A stretch of 33,475 nucleotides of DNA from a bacterium HR23. GTDB taxonomy: Bacteria; Chloroflexota; Dehalococcoidia; Lucifugimonadales; HRBIN23. The notes below the pieces were generated by a model. The model was given only the letters and a program-made list of their open reading frames with translations, was not told the origin of the DNA and did no database searches. Location: the NCBI GenBank assembly GCA_002923335.1, contig BEHZ01000002.1, positions 1 to 33,475 on the forward strand. Direction: 5' to 3'. The position numbers and the translations under genes are program-made. This document shows, one piece after another, positions 22,053 through 30,124 of this stretch (the stretch's first letter is position 1; every line of letters starts with the position of its first letter).

Positions 22053-22877
22053 CTACCCCGCCTCTCGGTAGGCTAGGACATCCTGGGCGATCTGCTCCGG
22101 CGTCCCCGTGCAGGGGGAGCGCGACGGTGGGAGGGGGTGGTCTGTTACCTCCAGGGTGCCCCGCAGGGAAAGGGTGAACCCCTGGGGCGTCCGCCCCTCC
22201 TGATGTAAGGCGTCCAGGAGGCTGGCACGGGTCTGGGCCACCTCCTGCGGGGTAAGGCGGATGCCGTGCCATCCGTCGCCTAGCCGTGCTGCACGGCGCA
22301 GGGCCGACGCCGAGGTGCCCCCAATCCAGATGGGGATGCTCCCCTGGGCGGGCCGTGGAACCGACCAGATGCCCTTCACCGTGTAGAAGCGCCCTTGAAA
22401 GGTGGTTTCCTGCCCTTTCCAGAGGGCTCGCATGAGGGTGAGGTATTCATCGGTAACCCCCGCACGACGACGGTAGTCGGCCCCCAGGGCAACGAACTCC
22501 TCCTCCATCCATCCGATGCCCGCCCCCAGGATGACCCGCCCTTCGGAGAAGACATCTATGGTGGCCAGGAGTTTGGCGGTGAGGACCGGGTTGCGGTAAG
22601 GGATGATGAGGACACTCACCCCCAGGCGCACCCGCCGGGTAAGACCGGCGGCATAGGCTAGGGTTGCGAGAGGCTCCAGCACCGGCTGGTCCGGGGCGAT
22701 AGGGAAGGCTCCGCCAGCACGGTAAGGGTAGCGGGGGGCACTGCGCGAGGGGAGGACCACATGGTCGCTCACCCAAAGGGAGGAGTAGCCCAAATCCTCC
22801 ACCTCCTGGGCCATGCGCTCCACCAGGGCTTTGCCGGCCAGAGGCCCCAGGTTGGGAATAACAATTCCGAACTCCAT
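22053..22877 (-). CDS. Luciferase-like monooxygenase (LLM) family oxidoreductase, probably F420-dependent; 3' end displaced by an apparent 1-nt frameshift (the family-typical C-terminus continues in another frame to 21958)
   Basis: MEFGIVIPNLGPLAG start and TIM-barrel LLM blocks. The sequence ..AYREAG* stops in a G-run, and the next frame reads VDHLVLGPRGATLDEAVANVRRFAREVLPRVH*, which is the usual LLM C-terminus. Confidence 0.8.
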   Translation of the reverse strand: MEFGIVIPNLGPLAGKALVERMAQEVEDLGYSSLWVSDHVVLPSRSAPRYPYRAGGAFPIAPDQPVLEPLATLAYAAGLTRRVRLGVSVLIIPYRNPVLTAKLLATIDVFSEGRVILGAGIGWMEEEFVALGADYRRRAGVTDEYLTLMRALWKGQETTFQGRFYTVKGIWSVPRPAQGSIPIWIGGTSASALRRAARLGDGWHGIRLTPQEVAQTRASLLDALHQEGRTPQGFTLSLRGTLEVTDHPLPPSRSPCTGTPEQIAQDVLAYREAG

Positions 22878-22986
22878 AGTGCCCTCCTTGTGTGTCCTGG
22901 TTACTTTACCACAAGGGCAGGGAATGCGCCCAGCCCATCTCCACCTTTACACCAGCGCCCTTTCGCCGTAGGATAGGGGGGAGGGG

Positions 22987-23346
22987 GTGGTCTGTATGCT
23001 GAAAGGGCGCCTGGAAGAGGAGTTGGAGGAAATTCTGCGCAAGGCAGAGATACGCCATCGTCTCAAGGCGCGGCGGGCGTGGCGGTGGCCTCGGGTGAGC
23101 CTCCGCCTTTCGCCCGGGTTTTTGCTGGTGGCCGGGGTGGTGGTGCTGTTGCTGGCCTTGGTGGCTCCTCGCCCCCTGACCGGTTGGCGGGTGTGGCTTT
23201 TCTGGGGCGGGCTGGGCCTTTTGGTGTTGGCGTATGGGGTGTATTGGCGTGGTCAGAGGCCGAAGGTGGAGAAACGCTGGCGGGGACGTCCCATTGATAC
23301 CCCTCCGGGTCGGTGGGAGCGCCGGCGCTGGCGGTTCCGCCGATAG
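22987..23346 (+). CDS. Small hypothetical membrane protein (two predicted TM helices, Arg/Trp-rich tail)
   Basis: The ORF has hydrophobic stretches FLLVAGVVVLLLALVA and LFWGGLGLLVLAYGVYW and is followed by a clean terminator. An alternative start is ATG 22996. Confidence 0.5.
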   Translation: MVCMLKGRLEEELEEILRKAEIRHRLKARRAWRWPRVSLRLSPGFLLVAGVVVLLLALVAPRPLTGWRVWLFWGGLGLLVLAYGVYWRGQRPKVEKRWRGRPIDTPPGRWERRRWRFRR

Positions 23347-23375
23347 CCCCCCATCTAGCGGTGCAGGTTGTTCTC

Positions 23376-23413
23376 TGCCCCAGGGTATTGCCCTGGGGCA
23401 CTTTCTCTTTTCC
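23376..23413 (+). terminator. Rho-independent terminator
   Basis: Perfect 10-bp stem TGCCCCAGGG-tattg-CCCTGGGGCA followed by CTTTCTCTTTTCC. Confidence 0.75.
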
Positions 23414-23454
23414 GACGCCTTTGGGTATCCTGGAATTGATGGGGAGGTGAGAGG

Positions 23455-25911
23455 ATGGTCTTCCGTGCCGATGAGTTTACCGAACAGGCCCGGGAGGTTC
23501 TAACCAACTCCCAGGAACTGGTGCGCCGTTACCGCCATCCCCAGTGGGATGTGGAGCACGTGCTCCTGGCCCTGCTGGAGATGGAGGAAGGGGTGGCCCG
23601 TGAGGTGTTGGCCGAACTGGGGGTGGATGTGGGTGCTCTGCGGTCCCGTGTCGCCCAGGCCCTGGAGCGTGCCCCCCGCCTGGCCTACGAGCCGACCCAA
23701 ATCTACCAGACCCCTCGCATCGTCCGCCTCCTGGAGAACGCCCGTGCCGAGGCCCAGCGCCTCCAGGATGAATACATCGGGGCAGAGCACTTACTCATAG
23801 CCATTACCCGAGAACCTACGGGTGAAGCCCCCCACATCCTGCAGGAGTTTGGTGTAGACCAGGAGCGCATCTACCAGGCTTTGGACAAGGTGCGGGGTGG
23901 GCAGAGGGTTACCAGCCCCACCGCCGAATCCCGCTACCGTGCCCTGGAGAAATACAGCGTGGATCTTACTGCCCTGGCCCGCCAGGGCAAACTGGACCCC
24001 GTGGTAGGCAGAGATGAGGAGATCAAGCAGGTCATGCAGACCCTCTCGCGGCGCACCAAGAACAACCCTGTGCTCATTGGCGGGGCAGGCGTGGGCAAAA
24101 CCGCCATCGTGGAGGGACTGGCTCAGCGCATCGTGGCGGGTGATGTGCCCGAGCCTTTGAAAAACCGCCGTGTCCTGGCCCTGGACATGGGGGCCCTAGT
24201 GGCCGGGTCCAAGTTCCGGGGGGAGTTTGAGGAGCGCCTGAAGGCTGTCCTAGATGAGGTGAGGCGGGCCAAGGGCGAAGTCATCCTTTTTATTGACGAA
24301 ATCCATACCGTTGTGGGGGCCGGCGCTGCCGAGGGGGCCATTGACGCCTCTAACCTGATGAAGCCGGCTCTGGCACGAGGCGAACTCCAGTGCATCGGCG
24401 CCACCACGCCCGACGACTACCGGAAGACGATAGAGAAAGACCCCGCCCTGGAGCGGCGTTTCCACCCCGTCTGGGTGGAGGAGCCTTCGGAGGAGGTGGC
24501 CCTGGCCATGCTCCGTGCCCTGCGCCCCCGCTATGAGGCCCACCACAAGGTGAAGATAGACGACTCGGCTCTGGAGGCGGCGGTGCGCCTGAGCAAGCGC
24601 TACATCACCCAGCGCCACCTCCCCGACAAGGCGGTGGACCTGATTGATGAAGCCGCTGCCCGCCTGCGTTTGGAGATGGCCTCCATGCCCTCCGACCTGA
24701 AAGGCATGGAGGAGCGGATTCAGCACCTGCAGCGGGAGGAGGAATCCGCCGCCGAGCGGGCGGACTACGAGCAGGCGGCACGCCTGCGGGCGGAGCGCCT
24801 GCGTCTGGAGCGGGAGTTTTCTGCCCAGCGGGACGCGTGGCTCCGCAACCGTAAGATAGACGATGTGGTGGACGCCGAGGACATCGCCCAACTGGTCTCC
24901 CGGTGGACGGGCATCCCCGTGGCTCGCCTCTTGGAGACCGAGGCGGAGAAACTCTTGCATATGGAGGAGCGCCTCCACGCCCGCATCATCAACCAGGATC
25001 AGGCGGTGCGGGCGGTCTCCGAAGCCATTCGCCGTGCCCGTGCCGGCCTGAAGGACCCCCGCCGGCCCATCGCCTCCTTCATCTTCCTGGGGCCTACCGG
25101 CGTGGGTAAAACGGAACTGGCCAAAGCCCTGGCTGCTTTCCTCTTTGACAGCGAGGATGCCCTGGTGCGCATCGACATGTCCGAGTATATGGAGAAGCAT
25201 ACTGTCTCCCGCCTTATCGGCGCACCGCCGGGCTATGTGGGCTATGAAGAGGGGGGGCAACTCACCGAGGCGGTTCGGCGACGCCCCTTCCGGGTCATCC
25301 TTTTTGATGAGATAGAGAAGGCCCACCCCGATGTGTGGAACATCCTCTTGCAGGTGCTGGACGATGGGCGGCTCACCGATGGCCAGGGGCGCACCGTGGA
25401 CTTCCGCAACACCGTTATCATCATGACCTCCAACCTGGGCACCTCCTCCTTCGGACGCCCTGCCAGCATCGGCTTCCGCACCGCCCAGGAGGCCCAAGAG
25501 GAGCGGGAGCGCTTGCGCAAGTCGGTAGAGGAGGCCCTGAAGAAGACCTTCCGCCCGGAGTTTCTCAACCGCATCGACGAGGTCATCGTCTTTGAGCCTC
25601 TCACCAAGGAGCACCTCCTGCAGATCGTTGACCTGCTGGTGGCCCAGGTGCAGGCCCGCTTGCAGGAGAGGCGCATTGCCTTGCGCCTTACTCCCCTGGC
25701 GCGCCAGTGGCTGGCCCAAGAGGGTTTTGACCCGCTCTATGGTGCCCGTCCTCTGCGCAGGGCCATCCAGCGCTATCTGGAGAACCCCCTGGCCGGACAG
25801 GTGTTGGCAGGCAAGGTGCGGGAGGGCGACGAGGTAGAGGTAGATGTGGCTCCCGACGGCAAAGGGCTCGCCTTTCAGGTGCTCCAGCCGGCCGGCCAGG
25901 CGCGTTTGTAG
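23455..25911 (+). CDS. clpC: ATP-dependent Clp protease ATP-binding subunit ClpC (class I AAA+)
   Basis: Clp_N repeats, two Walker A motifs ([16 protein letters not shown]), a short middle domain with a UVR-like segment ([17 protein letters not shown]) and an IGF-type ClpP loop (ASIGF). At 818 aa it is too short in the M-domain for ClpB. Confidence 0.9.
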   Translation: MVFRADEFTEQAREVLTNSQELVRRYRHPQWDVEHVLLALLEMEEGVAREVLAELGVDVGALRSRVAQALERAPRLAYEPTQIYQTPRIVRLLENARAEAQRLQDEYIGAEHLLIAITREPTGEAPHILQEFGVDQERIYQALDKVRGGQRVTSPTAESRYRALEKYSVDLTALARQGKLDPVVGRDEEIKQVMQTLSRRTKNNPVLIGGAGVGKTAIVEGLAQRIVAGDVPEPLKNRRVLALDMGALVAGSKFRGEFEERLKAVLDEVRRAKGEVILFIDEIHTVVGAGAAEGAIDASNLMKPALARGELQCIGATTPDDYRKTIEKDPALERRFHPVWVEEPSEEVALAMLRALRPRYEAHHKVKIDDSALEAAVRLSKRYITQRHLPDKAVDLIDEAAARLRLEMASMPSDLKGMEERIQHLQREEESAAERADYEQAARLRAERLRLEREFSAQRDAWLRNRKIDDVVDAEDIAQLVSRWTGIPVARLLETEAEKLLHMEERLHARIINQDQAVRAVSEAIRRARAGLKDPRRPIASFIFLGPTGVGKTELAKALAAFLFDSEDALVRIDMSEYMEKHTVSRLIGAPPGYVGYEEGGQLTEAVRRRPFRVILFDEIEKAHPDVWNILLQVLDDGRLTDGQGRTVDFRNTVIIMTSNLGTSSFGRPASIGFRTAQEAQEERERLRKSVEEALKKTFRPEFLNRIDEVIVFEPLTKEHLLQIVDLLVAQVQARLQERRIALRLTPLARQWLAQEGFDPLYGARPLRRAIQRYLENPLAGQVLAGKVREGDEVEVDVAPDGKGLAFQVLQPAGQARL

Positions 25912-25974
25912 CCTCCATACCCAGCCCCCTTCCCTTTGGCTATAATCTCAGCGGAGTTTGGGACGGGGGTTGAG

Positions 25975-26694
25975 GTGTTTCCTGACCGTCAGCGTATCGC
26001 CGCCGGCCTCCTGCAGGAGTTGAAGGAGTTGGGGGAGGCGGAGCCGCGTCTCCTCTATCGGCGGGTCGCCCGCTACTTCCCCCAACTGACCAACGAGGAC
26101 CTCTCCGCCCGCTCCCGGGACGGCCGGAGCGTGTGGAGGCGTCGGGTGCAGGACGCCAAGGCCCTGCTGATGGCCCGGGGCGAAGTGGAGAATCGGGGAC
26201 GGCGCTGGGCCATTACCGAGAAGGGGCGTCGGCGGGCCGAGGCGGAGGAGATGCCCATCCAACTGGTGCTCTCCGCCCTGCAGGAAGAGGGGCCAGCCCC
26301 TTCCCACGAGGAGTTGCAGAGGATGCTGGCCGAGATCGGGCGCTTGCTGGGAAAGCACGCCGAAGTGGAGGCCCAGCGCTACGATGTGGCGTGGAAAGAG
26401 AGCCCTCACGCCCCCCGCTACAGCCATGTCTTTGAGGTGCAGGTGCACGGACGGCTGGAGAGCGCTCTGGCTAAACTGAAGCAGGCCCACGACGCCCAGC
26501 GCTCCCGCCCTTTCCTGGTGATGGCGGATACACGGGGGGTGTGGCAGGTGCAGGAGGCCTTGGCTCCCTACCTGGCCGGGCCGTTCCACGAAATCGCCAG
26601 CGTAACTCAAGTCCTCACCGCCGAGGAGGTGGTGCGTCTCTACCGTGCCCTCTCCTCTGTGGCCGCCCTTCTGAAGCGTCTGCAGGACGGCTAA
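25975..26694 (+). CDS. Winged-helix (Mrr_N-like) domain protein with a C-terminal restriction-endonuclease-like domain
   Basis: N-terminal YRRVARYFPQLTNEDLSARSRDGRSVWRRRVQDAKALLMARGEVENRGRRWAITEKG resembles the Mrr N-terminal wHTH. C-terminal HEELQRMLAEIGRLLG..RYDVAWKE..HVFEVQVHGRLESALAKLKQA resembles a PD-(D/E)xK-like core (D..ExQ). GTG 25975 has an upstream [11 protein letters not shown]; the track start TTG 25936 lies inside a TATAAT box. Confidence 0.5.
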   Translation: MFPDRQRIAAGLLQELKELGEAEPRLLYRRVARYFPQLTNEDLSARSRDGRSVWRRRVQDAKALLMARGEVENRGRRWAITEKGRRRAEAEEMPIQLVLSALQEEGPAPSHEELQRMLAEIGRLLGKHAEVEAQRYDVAWKESPHAPRYSHVFEVQVHGRLESALAKLKQAHDAQRSRPFLVMADTRGVWQVQEALAPYLAGPFHEIASVTQVLTAEEVVRLYRALSSVAALLKRLQDG

Positions 26695-26788
26695 AAGGCG
26701 CTAGGCATCGTTCGCCGTCCCGTGCTAGCATGCACCCCAGGGTGTCTGCCAAGACGGCACGCCTGAGCATACCAACGAGGAGGCTCCG

Positions 26789-27559
26789 GTGCGTCCCAAC
26801 AAGGTGAAGGCCCTGTGGAAGCAAGGGAAACCCGCCATCTGCCTGTGGTTGGCCAGCGGAGACCCCTTCATCGCCGAGATCTTCGCCCATTCTGGCGTGG
26901 ATGCGGTAGTGGTGGACATGCAACACGGCATCGCTATTACCCCGGATAGGGCGGTGGAGTGCCTGCGGGCCATCTCCTCCTCTGATGCGGTGCCCATCGT
27001 GCGGGTGCCCTGGAACGACCCCGCCTACATTCAATATGTATTGGACGCCGGCGCTTACGGCGTTATCGTGCCCCTGGTGAACAGTTACGAGGACGCTGCC
27101 AAGGCGGGGGGGGCATGCCGTTATCCTCCCTTGGGGTATCGGAGCGTCGGCCCTAACCGTGCCCGCTTTTACGGGGGGAGCGACTACTTCCAGCACGCCA
27201 ACGAGGAGATCATCTGCCTGGTGATGATTGAGGATATCAAGGCCATCCCTCGCCTGGAGGAGATTGTGCAGGCGCCGGGGGTAGACGGTCTCTATATTGG
27301 CCCTTCGGACCTGGCGGTGAGCATGGGGTTGGGGCCAGGCTCGGACCAGCCCGACCCTCGTCACCAGGAGGCGTGCCGACGGGTGCTAGAGGTGGCCGGT
27401 GCCCACGGGAAGGTGGCGGGGCGCCACGCCTACGCCGGGGAGGAGGCGGCCAGGTATCTGGCTCAAGGTTTCCTCTTCTGCCCGGTGGGGAACGATGTGC
27501 GTTTCATTGAGGTGGGGGCACGGGAGGCGGTGAAGGCGGTGGCCGGGGTGCGCCGCTAA
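26789..27559 (+). CDS. HpcH/HpaI-family aldolase (2-keto-3-deoxy-acid aldolase)
   Basis: Family blocks GVDAVVVDMQHG, VRVPWNDPAYIQYVLDAGAYGVIVPLV, RYPPLGYRS, MIEDIKA and GPSDLA. SD GAGGAGG lies before GTG 26789. Confidence 0.85.
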   Translation: MRPNKVKALWKQGKPAICLWLASGDPFIAEIFAHSGVDAVVVDMQHGIAITPDRAVECLRAISSSDAVPIVRVPWNDPAYIQYVLDAGAYGVIVPLVNSYEDAAKAGGACRYPPLGYRSVGPNRARFYGGSDYFQHANEEIICLVMIEDIKAIPRLEEIVQAPGVDGLYIGPSDLAVSMGLGPGSDQPDPRHQEACRRVLEVAGAHGKVAGRHAYAGEEAARYLAQGFLFCPVGNDVRFIEVGAREAVKAVAGVRR

Positions 27560-27568
27560 CCGGGGGTC

Positions 27569-28351
27569 TTACCCGGCCCCCCACAGTAGGGTCAGATAGG
27601 TTCGCAGGACGTCTTCCCCCCAGAAGAGGGCAACAACAGCGCCCCCCACAAGAAACGGGCCATAGGGGAGGGTGTCCTGCAGACCTTTTCGGCGTAGCGC
27701 CAGGAGGGTCAGCGCCCCTATTCCCCCGCCCACAAAGGCGACCCCCAGGGCCACCAGGCTCATGGGGAAGCCCAGCATAGCCCCTATGAGGGTGGCCAGT
27801 TTTACATCGCCTGCCCCCATCCGCCCCCTGGCCAGAAGGTAAACCATGAGGAATACCCCCAGGGCGCTGCCGGCGCCTGCCAGGGCGTTCAGGTAGGATG
27901 ATGGCCCCAGCCAGTGGGAGCCGGGCGGTGCCAAGGGGGCCAGGGCGAGAACCAAAGGCAGGGCAGGGTAGACCAGGCGGTTGGGGATAAGGGTGCGCTC
28001 TATGTCGCACACCAGGGCAACGGCCAGGATACAAAGGAAGGCCAGAATGACCAGGGTCTCAAATGTTGCTCCCAGGTGCCAGACTGTTAGGGCGAAAACC
28101 GGAGGGGTGAGGGTTTCAACTGCCACGGGGCGCCAGGGGAAGGGAAAGTTGCACAGGCGACCATGCGCCCACACTCCGAACACGGGGATGCGGTGGCCGA
28201 GGGCCACTTCTCGGTGGCACCTTGGGCACACCGCCCATGGTGCGAGTAGACCCCTCCCCTCACGGGGGAGCCGGTCCATCGCCCGGTTGAGCAAAGGGCC
28301 AAGCAGGAGGCCGGCCAGCCCCCCGCCGATAGCCCAGGGTAGAGACACCAT
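27569..28351 (-). CDS. Type IV prepilin peptidase (A24 family, bacterial PilD-like)
   Basis: N-terminal CPRC..IPVFG..GRLC segment (A24 N-terminal domain with a degenerate second Cys pair) and the two catalytic Asp contexts VCDIERTLIP and GAGDVKL. Polytopic membrane protein. Confidence 0.85.
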   Translation of the reverse strand: MVSLPWAIGGGLAGLLLGPLLNRAMDRLPREGRGLLAPWAVCPRCHREVALGHRIPVFGVWAHGRLCNFPFPWRPVAVETLTPPVFALTVWHLGATFETLVILAFLCILAVALVCDIERTLIPNRLVYPALPLVLALAPLAPPGSHWLGPSSYLNALAGAGSALGVFLMVYLLARGRMGAGDVKLATLIGAMLGFPMSLVALGVAFVGGGIGALTLLALRRKGLQDTLPYGPFLVGGAVVALFWGEDVLRTYLTLLWGAG

Positions 28352-28385
28352 AAGGCCCCCGTTCCGCCTTGCGTTGAGGCGAGTG

Positions 28386-28401
28386 CTCTATTAGAATAGA
28401 G
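28386..28401. repeat. AT-rich palindrome CTCTATT-AG-AATAGAG in the divergent prepilin-peptidase / DUF5658 promoter region
   Basis: Read directly from the sequence. It stands out from the GC-rich surroundings. Confidence 0.55.
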
Positions 28402-28459
28402 GTAACACAAGGCCCGGTGGCGCTGTCCTACCAAAACGCTTCCCACCGGGCCGGAGGGT

Positions 28460-28768
28460 GTGGTGCTGATGCTCTTCGCCTCGGCGGGCACCTACCGCCG
28501 TGAGGCGGTTTTGAAGGTTGCCTTTGTGGCCCTGGGTTTTCTTGACCTCCTCCTTACCCTTTATGCCTTCTCCCAGGGTTTTGTGGAGTTGAACCCCTTC
28601 ATCCGTGCCCTGCTGGAGCGCCCCTGGGGCCTGGCGATGGTCAAGGGCGTCCTGCCCCTGGCTATCGCTTGGCTGGTGCCGGGGAGGTTGTTGGTGCCCT
28701 CTATCCTGGCGTTGGTGGCGGTCAATGGCTGGAACCTCGCCCAGTTGGTAGGGGGAGGTGGGGTTTAG
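28460..28768 (+). CDS. Small membrane protein, DUF5658-like
   Basis: About 100 aa with 3 hydrophobic helices. The LDLLLT..G..ELNPF motif is one I associate with DUF5658. The start is ambiguous (GTG 28460/28463 or ATG 28469). Confidence 0.5.
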   Translation: MVLMLFASAGTYRREAVLKVAFVALGFLDLLLTLYAFSQGFVELNPFIRALLERPWGLAMVKGVLPLAIAWLVPGRLLVPSILALVAVNGWNLAQLVGGGGV

Positions 28769-29495
28769 GGGCGGTGCCGGGCTGGCTTTCGCTTTCCGGC
28801 AGCTCAGGGACAATCCCCTTCGCCCGCAGATACATCATCACCGCGTAGACCCGTGGGTGCATATTCTCCGGGCACTCCCCCAGTTTGTTGTAGATGCTGT
28901 TGATGTGGCGCTCCACCGTCTTGGGGTCCAAGTAGAGGGCCTGGGCGATGCTGTCGTTCCGGTAGCCCCTGGCCATATAACTGAGCACCTCCTGTTCCCT
29001 AGGGGAGAGGTCGCTCAGGAAGGTGGCAGTCGCTTCTGCGCTGATAAGGCCCTCCATCACCAAGGGGTCCACGATAATGCGCCCCTCGGCCACCGAGCAC
29101 ACCACCTGAGAGAGTTGCTCCACCGAGTCCACGGTATGCTTGAGCAAGTAGGCGCACCCGGAGGAGACAGAGCGGGCGAACTCCCGTAGGGCTTTGAGGC
29201 CCTTGCTGTCGTAGGAGGCGGAGAGGAGGACGATGGCCACATCCGGGGCGTTCTGGCGCACCGTCTCCAGTTTGTGGACAACGGCGGGCTGGAGGACCTT
29301 GGTGCCCAATAGGAGGACGTCGGGCTTGAGGGCGCTAATGCCCGATACCAGCGCCTGGCTTCCGGTATCGTCGGCAACCTTGCAGAGGTCAATGCGAGGG
29401 TGGGAGGCGAAGAACCCCTGGAAAGCATCTCGGAAGATCTGTTGCTCCTCGGCGATGTAGAGGCGGATTTTTCGGCTCTTGCTATACATGGCCAT
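28722..29495 (-). CDS. LuxR/NarL-type transcriptional regulator with an atypical (pseudo-)receiver domain, paralogue 2
   Basis: Same architecture as 14613..15428: YIAEEQ, PDVLLLG (Gly at the phospho-acceptor position) and [45 protein letters not shown] prefer the start at MAMYSKSRKIRLY (ATG 29495). The 3' tail overlaps the convergent DUF5658 gene by 47 nt. Confidence 0.85.
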   Translation of the reverse strand: MAMYSKSRKIRLYIAEEQQIFRDAFQGFFASHPRIDLCKVADDTGSQALVSGISALKPDVLLLGTKVLQPAVVHKLETVRQNAPDVAIVLLSASYDSKGLKALREFARSVSSGCAYLLKHTVDSVEQLSQVVCSVAEGRIIVDPLVMEGLISAEATATFLSDLSPREQEVLSYMARGYRNDSIAQALYLDPKTVERHINSIYNKLGECPENMHPRVYAVMMYLRAKGIVPELPESESQPGTAPKPHLPLPTGRGSSH

Positions 29496-29755
29496 CACCC
29501 GCTTGTCAGTTGCTACTCCAAGTGTGGCACCCCCCGGGTGCTGGGGGTAACGGGGAAAACCTGCCCAGCCTGTGGCGTCTTCCCTCAAAGCCTCTGGGGG
29601 ATTCGGCTGAGGGGAACCCCCCAGTTGAATAGGGTCTTTTCCCCGCATGCCCGTCCTCCTTTATGCGCGGCCCGCTAGAGGAGACCCGAACCGTGTCGTC
29701 TCACTGCCGCACATTGTTTCCATAATGGCTTTACGGTCAAGTCCTCTCTTCGTGG

Positions 29756-29808
29756 TGTGTCGCCACAAGTGTGGCGGTTGGCGAGGCGCTCTGTCAAGAG
29801 GCGACACA
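29756..29808. repeat. Nested inverted repeats in the LuxR-2 / archaellin intergenic region
   Basis: TGTGTCGCC (29756-29764) pairs with GGCGACACA (29800-29808). An inner palindrome CGCCACA-AG-TGTGGCG lies at 29761-29776. A third GTGTCGCC copy sits at 30031-30038. Confidence 0.6.
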
Positions 29809-30124
29809 GGCGAACTGTGAGCAACCGGGGTGGGGACGACGCCTACAGGGAAACCCCGATGCGGGTTATGGGGATTTCCCCGTCGGTCTGCGTGGTAAGC
29901 CTGTGGGTAGGAGGTAGGGGGTAGGCTATCGTAGGGGCTGATGGCCTCCCCCACCGGCGCCCAAAGAAGGGCGGGCCAGCGTGGGCAAAGCGAAAGACAT
30001 GAAGTGCAGGGGAGCGCAGGCCGAAAGGAGGTGTCGCCTTGTGCGAGACGACTAACGGCGGCTAAAGTCGGTTGTCCAACCCATGGGGAAGACGCACAAC
30101 ACGCTAAACACGCAAGGAGGCAGT

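Noticed and set aside
30024-30065. Strong orphan SD plus an 8-codon micro-ORF (MCETTNGG) upstream of the archaellin as a leader peptide
   Set aside because: It is too short and uses a TTG start. I cannot distinguish it from chance, so I keep it only as a detail within the intergenic-region finding.
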